Shown: piece by piece, positions 24,504 through 32,000 of the stretch
Numbering within the stretch: position 1 is the stretch's first letter
How the letters are laid out: every line of letters starts with the position of its first letter
Assembly (NCBI GenBank): GCA_031316235.1
Contig: JALDRA010000001.1
Span: 3,300,001-3,332,000 of the forward strand
Length of the DNA stretch: 32,000 nt
From: Candidatus Scalindua sp.
GTDB lineage: Bacteria > Planctomycetota > Brocadiia > Brocadiales > Scalinduaceae
Reading direction: 5' to 3'
Translations under genes and position numbers: made by a program
Notes under the pieces: model-generated
The model's input: only the letters and a program-made list of their open reading frames with translations
The model's database searches: none
What the model was told of the DNA's origin: nothing

Positions 24504-25553
24504 TTGTTCAAGGGGAATTTTTCAGCGACTGCAATTGGCAGCTTTCCGCACAAAGATGTCGGTGATGCCTGCGATCTCGTCTTGAAGACGCTAACAGAAA
24601 TACCATGCTGGCCCCAACTGCCTGAACGGGATATGAGAGAAGAGATGTGTGTTCAGTATACAGAAGGGTTACCATTCTTAAAACTCATTCCGGAGGAAAG
24701 CAGGATTTATATAGACATGCCGGAGGACAATACCAGCGAATTGGAAGATTTTTATACTAAATACCTCACGGGAGATGCGAGTTGTTTTCCCATCAGTGAA
24801 GAGTGCTCTATCGGATTTCCGGATATAATTTCTCGACTTCAAAAAGAGTGGCCGGACACCATCCGGGCAATCAAAGGACAGATAGTAGGTCCCATAACGC
24901 TGGCAGGGACCCTTAAAGGGAAAGATGAGATCCCCATTCTCCACAATGCGACCTTATTTGATACCGTTGTCAAACTCCTTGCGATGAAGGCGTGCTGGCA
25001 GATTGAGAGGTATTCGGCATTTGATGTCCCGAAGATAATATTTCTCGATGAACCGTATCTTTCAAGCTATGGATCCGCATTTGCCAGTTTAAAGAAGGAG
25101 CAGGTTGTCGGTTCGTTGAATGAGATATTTGAAGCGATTCAACAGCGTGACGCACTGGCGGGTATACACTGCTGCGGTAATACCGACTGGCCAATGCTTA
25201 TGGAGACCAAAGTTGATATCCTCAACTTTGATGCATTCGGGTACATGGAGACGATACTGATCTATAAAAAGGAGATAGAAACCTTTCTTAAAAGAGGTGG
25301 TTACCTGGCCTGGGGCATTGTGCCTACCACAGACAGCATAAACGACGTTACCGCAAATGGGTTGTTTGATACACTGGAATCCGCGGTTGATCAGCTGGTA
25401 AATAGGGGGATAGAAAAAAGTTTGATCATTGAAAACTCTCTGATAACGCCGAGTTGCGGAACCGGTTCATTATCGATCGGTGAGGCGGAGAAGTCAATGA
25501 AGATGACGCATGATCTGTCAGTGATGATCAAGGAGAGGTTTGGAATCTCATGA
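24504..25553 (+). CDS. MetE catalytic-domain-like Zn methyltransferase (UROD/MetE superfamily)
   Basis: IHCCGNTDW and ITPSCGTG resemble the His/Cys...Cys zinc ligand motifs of cobalamin-independent methionine synthase. 349 aa, single domain. Confidence 0.55.
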   Translation: MFKGNFSATAIGSFPHKDVGDACDLVLKTLTEIPCWPQLPERDMREEMCVQYTEGLPFLKLIPEESRIYIDMPEDNTSELEDFYTKYLTGDASCFPISEECSIGFPDIISRLQKEWPDTIRAIKGQIVGPITLAGTLKGKDEIPILHNATLFDTVVKLLAMKACWQIERYSAFDVPKIIFLDEPYLSSYGSAFASLKKEQVVGSLNEIFEAIQQRDALAGIHCCGNTDWPMLMETKVDILNFDAFGYMETILIYKKEIETFLKRGGYLAWGIVPTTDSINDVTANGLFDTLESAVDQLVNRGIEKSLIIENSLITPSCGTGSLSIGEAEKSMKMTHDLSVMIKERFGIS

Positions 25554-25593
25554 GCTCTTTTACCTGAAAGTGGCTGCAGGATGCAAGCACGTC

Positions 25594-25705
25594 TATACTC
25601 ATCTTATAATGGTTTTCGGATAAAATCAGAGAAAAAAGGGAGTGAGTAAGGTCCTCGGCGCTTTTTGTCCGGGGATACCATTAATCAGGATCTGGTTTCA
25701 GTATA
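25594..25705 (+). repeat. MITE-like element, copy 4 (degenerate)
   Basis: The first 45 nt and the last 20 nt match the other copies. The central hairpin is replaced. Confidence 0.6.
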
Positions 25706-25865
25706 ACACCTGACGAACAAAGAGGAAAGCATCTCCTGGCAAAATTACAAGATCCACCGCAAGTACAGAATGTCACTACCGGCATGATACTTATTATCTT
25801 AATGACTGCTTTTACGGCTCGTTTAGCGCATCAAGGTTGACGGGGGGTAGTGGAATCAGGCTCTA

Positions 25866-28800
25866 TTAATGTGGTAACGGCTCATGGGTAACCCCGCGGG
25901 ATCCCTCTTTTACTGCTTCAACGGCTGCCGCAGCAACAGAAGTTCTTTTTAATTTGCTCATCAGAATATAGACTACCGGAATCACAAACAGTGTTAAAAA
26001 GGTGCTTGTTGTCAAACCGCCAACGGCGGCAACGCCTAACGGACGACGGCTTTCAGCCCCGGCACCGAAACCTATCGCAATAGGTAATATCCCTGCTATG
26101 GTTGAAGTTGCCGTCATAAGGATCGGTCTTAACCGTACCGTTCCGGCCAGCAGCATGGCTTCACCGGCAGACTTGCCTTTTTTCATCTGCTGATTGGCAA
26201 AATCGACCAGAAGTATTCCGTTCTTCGTTACAATGCCGATTAACAGTATCAGGCCTATCTGGCTGAACAAATTGACACCCATTGCAGGAATCCGGGGAAT
26301 AAAGCCGAAGAAATGATCTGGCGGCAGACTGGCTGCAAACTGGTCTAATTCTCCCAGGGCCCATAATGCGCCAAAGGCGCCAAAAGCTGCTAACGGGATG
26401 GTAAACAGTATGGTAAACGGGTGGATCAGACTTTCAAACTGTGACGCTAATACCATATAAATGATGAGAATCGCCAGGATCATAACAAACAACATATCAT
26501 TGCCGCTTTCTACTAAATCCTTTGCCTCTCCCGCCCATTCGTACCGAAAGCCCGGGGGTAAATCCTGTTTTAAGATTTCTTCAACACGCTCAACAGCATT
26601 ACCTAGCGGAATAGTAACAGGGGTAGCTTCAATCGTTGCGGAACGAAAACGATTATAATGGTTAATTGCACTCGGGCCGGCACCTGTTTCATAACTGACA
26701 ACATTGCTCAACTGAATGAGTTTACCATTGGAGCTGCGGATGTAGAGTCGCTCTAGATCTGTTGGAGAGAGTCTGGATTCACGTGCGAGCTGGACAATCA
26801 CATCATACTCTTTACCCGACAAATTGAACTTGCTTAAATCGGATCCGCCAAATAATACCTGCAGGGTACGGGAAATATCTTGTACCGACACCCCTAATGC
26901 TGCGGTACGGTCACGGTCTATGTTAACCCTGAGCTCCGGCTTGCTTAGTTCAAAGCTTGTACGGACATTCATGAGAAAACCGGAACTTTGCAGCTTCTCT
27001 GTCAGGGACTGGGCATATCTGTTCAGTTCTTTCAGATCCTGATTTTGTAAGACCAGCTGGAAATTCTGTGAAAAACCTCTCCCGATCGCCTTAGGTAATA
27101 TTGGAAAAGCAAGAGCTCCCTCAATCTCATTAAAAAATCGTGATCGCAGACCCGTTGGTCCGCCGATAATCTCGCGGACGTGCCGATCTCTCACTTCCTT
27201 CAACCTGATAAATGCGCGTCCTTGTGAAGACTGGCCCACTCCTCCACGGGCAAGCGCAACTGCGGAAAAAAATCCTTCAATCTCCGGTACTTCGCTTATA
27301 ATCTTTTCCGCCTTTCTTACCATGCGGTCCGTGTATTCACTCGTTGAGCCCTCCGGAGCGATTACCATACAAAAGAGACGCCCTTTATCCTCGTCCGGTA
27401 AAAACTCTTTATCCAGCTGTGTATAAAAATAGATGCCTGCTCCCAGGGCAAGGAAGCTGATAACGATGGTTATGAAAGAGTATTGTATCGCCCTCTTCAG
27501 CATCTTCTCATAGAAGAGAGATATCTTTTCCAGCCCTTCTTCAAATTTTTTCAATACTGCATTTTTGGTATGAAGAGAGTTTGCTTTCAGAAGCCGTGAG
27601 GAAATCATCGGCGCAAGCGTAAGGGCGACAAATGTTGAAATCATGACACCAAAAGAGATAGCGACGGCAAATTCAATAAACAGACGTCCCGTAACGCTTG
27701 TCTGAAATGCCATTGGAAGAAAAACAGCAACCAGGGCAACGGTAGTTACAATTACGGCAAAACCTATCTCTTTCATCCCTGCAATCGCTGCATTCATCGG
27801 CGTCATTCCTTCTTCAATATGGCGATGGATATTCTCTAATACAACAATTGCATCATCGACGACAAGTCCTATTGCCAGGACAAAAGCCAGCATGGTAATA
27901 ATGTTTATCGAATATCCAAACAGGTAAAGAATTCCAAACGTTGATATAATCGAAACGGGGATCGTGACAGCCGGGACAATTGTTGCACGCAGATTATGCA
28001 GGAAGATATAAATTGTCAGCACAACTAAAAAGAACGCCATCCCGAGAGTAATCCAGACCTCCCTGATCGATTTTTCGACAAAAGCAGACTCATCATAGGG
28101 GATGGCATAATGAATCCCCTCCGGAATAAACGGCCGAATATCTTCCAACTTTTTTTTGATGCCTTTGGCGACTTCAATGGTATTTGCCTTTGATTGCTTG
28201 ATTACTCCGATACCGACAGCAGGTCTCGAATTATAGCGGGCGGCAGAGCGTTCATCTTCAACTCCGACAGCCGCGAAGCCTATATCCCGCAGCCTGACAA
28301 AATTGACGCCTTCACGTCTGATAACTAATTTGTTGTATTCCTCAGGTGTTTTCAGTTCTCCCCTGGTTTCAATTGACATCTCTCTTTGCCAGCTTTCTAC
28401 ACGGCCGCTTGGTAATTCAACACTCTGTTCACGCATCGCTTTCTCCACATCAAGTACCGTGACGCCACGGGCTGCCATCTTCTCTGAATCCAGCCAGATT
28501 CTTATAGCAAACCGCTTTGACCCGCCAAACATGATGGAACTGACACCGGAAACCGTCTGCAATGTATCCTTAAATACGGTTTCTGCCAGTGATGTAAGTT
28601 CCAGCGTAGAGTAGCGGTCACTGTATAATGCAACCCATAGAGAAGCATTCGCATCCGCATCCTGCTTGGCTATAATCGGTTCATCAACATCATCCGGCAG
28701 CTTTCCCCGGGCGCGGGACACCCGGTCACGCACATCCTGTGCAGCAACATCTATATCACGGGAGAGGTCAAATTCTATTGTCACAGAACTGGACTGCTCG

Positions 28801-29054
28801 CTGCTTGTGCTTGTAAGGGTTTTTATCCTCTCAATGCTTGAGAGTGTTTCCTCAAGCGGTTCTGTTACCTGGGATTCAACAACCGATGCGCTTGCTCCGG
28901 GATAAACCGTCTGCACATTTATGATAGGCGGATCGATATCCGGGAGCTCACGGACAGGAAGACGCAAGATACCGATAATGCCGAACAGGACCAATCCCAC
29001 ACTCATCATCGTTGCCAGTATCGGGCGGTTTATGCTCAGTTCCGACAGCTTCAT
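25866..29054 (-). CDS. RND efflux transporter permease (AcrB/HAE-type)
   Basis: 1062 aa with a typical N-terminus (MKLSELSINRPILATMMSVGLVLFG...LPDIDPP), 12 TM helices and two large loops. Confidence 0.9.
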   Translation of the reverse strand: MKLSELSINRPILATMMSVGLVLFGIIGILRLPVRELPDIDPPIINVQTVYPGASASVVESQVTEPLEETLSSIERIKTLTSTSSEQSSSVTIEFDLSRDIDVAAQDVRDRVSRARGKLPDDVDEPIIAKQDADANASLWVALYSDRYSTLELTSLAETVFKDTLQTVSGVSSIMFGGSKRFAIRIWLDSEKMAARGVTVLDVEKAMREQSVELPSGRVESWQREMSIETRGELKTPEEYNKLVIRREGVNFVRLRDIGFAAVGVEDERSAARYNSRPAVGIGVIKQSKANTIEVAKGIKKKLEDIRPFIPEGIHYAIPYDESAFVEKSIREVWITLGMAFFLVVLTIYIFLHNLRATIVPAVTIPVSIISTFGILYLFGYSINIITMLAFVLAIGLVVDDAIVVLENIHRHIEEGMTPMNAAIAGMKEIGFAVIVTTVALVAVFLPMAFQTSVTGRLFIEFAVAISFGVMISTFVALTLAPMISSRLLKANSLHTKNAVLKKFEEGLEKISLFYEKMLKRAIQYSFITIVISFLALGAGIYFYTQLDKEFLPDEDKGRLFCMVIAPEGSTSEYTDRMVRKAEKIISEVPEIEGFFSAVALARGGVGQSSQGRAFIRLKEVRDRHVREIIGGPTGLRSRFFNEIEGALAFPILPKAIGRGFSQNFQLVLQNQDLKELNRYAQSLTEKLQSSGFLMNVRTSFELSKPELRVNIDRDRTAALGVSVQDISRTLQVLFGGSDLSKFNLSGKEYDVIVQLARESRLSPTDLERLYIRSSNGKLIQLSNVVSYETGAGPSAINHYNRFRSATIEATPVTIPLGNAVERVEEILKQDLPPGFRYEWAGEAKDLVESGNDMLFVMILAILIIYMVLASQFESLIHPFTILFTIPLAAFGAFGALWALGELDQFAASLPPDHFFGFIPRIPAMGVNLFSQIGLILLIGIVTKNGILLVDFANQQMKKGKSAGEAMLLAGTVRLRPILMTATSTIAGILPIAIGFGAGAESRRPLGVAAVGGLTTSTFLTLFVIPVVYILMSKLKRTSVAAAAVEAVKEGSRGVTHEPLPH

Positions 29055-30118
29055 CGTTTTTCCGTTTCTTCCTGAAATTTCATAGTAACTTTTACCCCTT
29101 CGCGAAGTTTCTGATGGCCTTCTGTAACTACTATTTCGCCTTCCTTTAATCCGGATAGTATCTGAATCATCCCATCAAACCGTAAACCCACCTCTATTTT
29201 CATTAAGTGGACCCTGTCCTCATTATCAACAGTAAAAACTGACACCTCATCGCCTTTCAGCATCATTGCCGTTTCGGGGATAATAAGGGCATCATTCTGT
29301 ATGTCTACTATCAGATTCAGACTGGCAAACATCCCTCTTCTTAGTATTCCGTCAGGATTTGGCACCCTTGCCTTTACAAGAGCCGAACGCGTCAACTCGT
29401 CAATTTGAGGAGCAACAAAATATACTTTTCCATTAAATTTCTTTTCCGGATACGCAGCTACGGTTATTTCAATATCCTGTTCCAGGTCAACCCTGCTTAG
29501 ATATCTTTCCGGAACATTAAATTCAGCTTTCATCGGATTCTGGTTGATGATAGAGGACAGGCTTGTACCCTTTGTAATAAACTGGCCTTCGCTGACTGAC
29601 CGTGCACCCATAACACCGTCAAACGGAGCAACAATCGTCGCATCGTCAAGCAGCTCCCTGGTCAATATAACCGTCGCCTCATCCGCCTCCAGAATTGCCA
29701 TGGATTGATCGTATTCCTGCTTTGATACAACCCTGGATTCAATAAGAGCCTTATATCTATCCGCAGAGGCCTGTGACAATCTCAGATTTGCTTGGGTTTG
29801 AGCAAGGGATGCTTTCAGTTTCTTCTCATCGATACGAAAAAGGATCCTGCCCTTTGTAACGTTCTGACCTTCCTCAAACCCTATGGATTCCACAATCCCG
29901 TCTATCTCGCTTTGAATTACAACATATTCATTCGCAGCCATATTTCCTATAAGAGATATCTTCTCAGATATCTGCTGTTTCTTGCTTTTATAGGCAATGA
30001 CATTGACGGTCATTTCACCGTGGGGTCTCTCCGCCGCTTTGTTTCTGCAGCCTGTGCAGAAGAAAATTGACAATAAAGGAAAAATTAAGAGAAGAAATCC
30101 TGATAAGACTTTTGTCAT
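29051..30118 (-). CDS. RND periplasmic adaptor (membrane fusion protein)
   Basis: Lipoprotein-like signal (FFCTGC), coiled-coil hairpin and beta-barrel segments. Overlaps the permease start by 4 nt. Confidence 0.85.
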   Translation of the reverse strand: MTKVLSGFLLLIFPLLSIFFCTGCRNKAAERPHGEMTVNVIAYKSKKQQISEKISLIGNMAANEYVVIQSEIDGIVESIGFEEGQNVTKGRILFRIDEKKLKASLAQTQANLRLSQASADRYKALIESRVVSKQEYDQSMAILEADEATVILTRELLDDATIVAPFDGVMGARSVSEGQFITKGTSLSSIINQNPMKAEFNVPERYLSRVDLEQDIEITVAAYPEKKFNGKVYFVAPQIDELTRSALVKARVPNPDGILRRGMFASLNLIVDIQNDALIIPETAMMLKGDEVSVFTVDNEDRVHLMKIEVGLRFDGMIQILSGLKEGEIVVTEGHQKLREGVKVTMKFQEETEKR

Positions 30119-30526
30119 ATTACGCCACCATTGTTTTTACCTGAATTGAACGATTCGTGATCAAATAAACATAGGGGATTTCTTGCCCGGCTGGGAAAAG
30201 AACTTTCACCTGATGGATTGTACCAATTATTTGCATATCCGGCTAATTATAAATGATAACTGGTAGATAATGATGGAGGATAGCTCAAATCAGTTTGCTG
30301 CAGCAACAATTCACTTATTCCATGTCCATGGCTGCGTTTATTCAGTGCGTGAACGAAAACCTTCATCCTTGTCCCATACCCTTTTCTTCTTTGACTGCAA
30401 CCAATCCACCGGTGCTGTTATCTGCCACAATTTTTAATGCCTTCTATAAGGTATCTTCAGGTGCAGCGGTAAAGATCCCTCTCTGCGTATCCTGGATAAT
30501 TGGTTTTACAGATATCTTATAACCCT

Positions 30527-31042
30527 TCACCGGCTTTTTTTATTAAATTCCCAGCTATCGAGTACTTCCAGAAGCATCTGTTTGGATGACGATTTCAGTA
30601 TGCTCCCTGATGAAAGGACAAAGGAGTGTTTTATCTCCACATAGTCCCCGAATTCCTCTAAAATATTTCTGAAATATGAGTCATATTCCTTAATATTCCT
30701 GAAAGCATAAATTATTATGTGGGTTATGTCTGTCTCAGGTATTGCATAGCATCTGATAGCATTATTCGGCTTTAAAACCTTATCTAATTCGTTGTTCTTG
30801 AACTTTTTAAAAACACTGGGTAATATCTTTATCAAAGCAATTGTATGTATGTTTACGCCTAATTTTTCATAATCAAGGCTTAATTCCTGGTTTTTTATAA
30901 ACCCTTTCTCTGTGAGCTGCTTCCGTATCTTGCCGACACCCTGGGAGGTTATCTCAAGCTTATTTGATATTTCCTGGTTTGTACTTAGTGGATTCTGGAC
31001 CAGCAGCTTAAGTACATGCACCTCGTTCTTTGTGAGTTTCAT
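30527..31042 (-). CDS. Lrp/AsnC-like winged-helix regulator
   Basis: N-terminal HTH (VLKLLVQNPLSTNQEISNKLEITSQGVGKIRKQLTEKGFI) followed by an alpha/beta effector-like domain. Confidence 0.6.
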   Translation of the reverse strand: MKLTKNEVHVLKLLVQNPLSTNQEISNKLEITSQGVGKIRKQLTEKGFIKNQELSLDYEKLGVNIHTIALIKILPSVFKKFKNNELDKVLKPNNAIRCYAIPETDITHIIIYAFRNIKEYDSYFRNILEEFGDYVEIKHSFVLSSGSILKSSSKQMLLEVLDSWEFNKKSR

Positions 31043-31562
31043 TATGAAACCTCCCCTTTGTCATGCTGCCCTGTTGGTTTTATTATTGAACGGAATTCTG
31101 CGGAAGGTTTATAGTAGGAAAATATATTGCAGGTGTCAATATGTTTTATACACGGTAACATTAAAGGGTAATATATCAGATGGAATCGTAACGAGTGAAA
31201 ATATAGCCGTGGATGCATGAGATGAGTATACTTCAGAGATATCTTTACGAGAATATGACAGTTGGCAGCATGGTTTTTAAAGAGCGGAAGTAATACAATC
31301 ACGCAGTGGTGAATAGTATTGGACAAACGAGAGTCTGATAACTACAATCTGTATCGAGACGTAACAGAATTCAAGCATTGGAGGCGGAAATCTGCTCCTG
31401 TCAAGGGTGAAATCGTAAGGAATAGTTTTCAGATGAGGGCCTTCCCGTGTAAATGGTAATTTCCATGGATTACATTTTTTGTGCGTCACCACGCCAGGTG
31501 GAATGCACAAACTTGAAGGAATAAAGGCATTTTACAAAAATTTTACAGAAAGCTGAGTTATC

Positions 31563-32000
31563 ATGAACCCTATATCGTCAGATATTGTTGAGAAGACGTG
31601 GAATACGATATCAGAAACATCTGATCATATGGCATCAGAAATGGTTAAGCATATGGGCGAACAACAGCCGCTTATGTTAGCGTATCTTATGGAAGCAGGA
31701 GGTGATGAATTAAACCAGGAAGAGCGTGAACACTTACTCTACTTGGGTATTGTTGTGTGGCAGATAATGCTACAGGGGAAGACATCACCTCCTGTGATAA
31801 ATGAAGAGATACTGGAGGGAGTTGAGGATCTTAACATTAAGATGCTGGAATATGTCGAGGGAGAACCTGATTCTGAATTTATCGATACCGTACAAAAGAT
31901 CATAAACAGTTACAATCAGCCGGAGATCCTGCGGTATATTGTTGAAGCCCTGATGGAAGATCCGGAGGAGGAGGAATGTATGATAAGAGATGAGAATATC
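31563..32000 (+). CDS. Hypothetical acidic protein, 3' end outside the window
   Basis: Not in the ORF track. ATG at 31563 and the frame is open to the window edge (146 codons: MNPISSDIVEKTWNTISETSDHMASEMVKHMGEQQPLMLAYLMEAGGDELNQEEREHLLYLGIVVWQIM...). Confidence 0.5.
   Translation, partial: MNPISSDIVEKTWNTISETSDHMASEMVKHMGEQQPLMLAYLMEAGGDELNQEEREHLLYLGIVVWQIMLQGKTSPPVINEEILEGVEDLNIKMLEYVEGEPDSEFIDTVQKIINSYNQPEILRYIVEALMEDPEEEECMIRDENI

Overview
About 40% GC bacterial DNA. An octahaem hydroxylamine-oxidoreductase-like gene suggests an anammox-type planctomycete; that assignment is inference only. The window has two parts. Positions 16.7-32 kb are mostly housekeeping: recN, an HAO-like octahaem cytochrome preceded by an unusual 805-aa membrane fusion protein, cobO, thyX, a MetE-like Zn methyltransferase, an RND efflux pair and an Lrp-like regulator. 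Positions 0-16.5 kb are accessory DNA. They hold an IS701 transposase read in frame from a DUF4338 gene, at least seven toxin-antitoxin modules (several decayed), IS91/IS1634/MarC remnants, a four-copy MITE-like repeat, and a run of short minus-strand ORFs. Those ORFs are separated by imperfect palindromes with RYYYAAC/GTTRRRY ends. Three of these palindromes carry truncated class C group II intron RNAs, antisense to the ORFs and inserted right after TTGT. I read this region as an integron-type cassette array with IIC-attC intron remnants and no integrase in the window. The two most interesting items are that array, with its function-unknown cassettes, and the ScdA_N x3 / 12-TM / DUF1858 fusion gene upstream of the HAO-like gene. 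All family assignments come from reading the translations and from memory; no searches were run.
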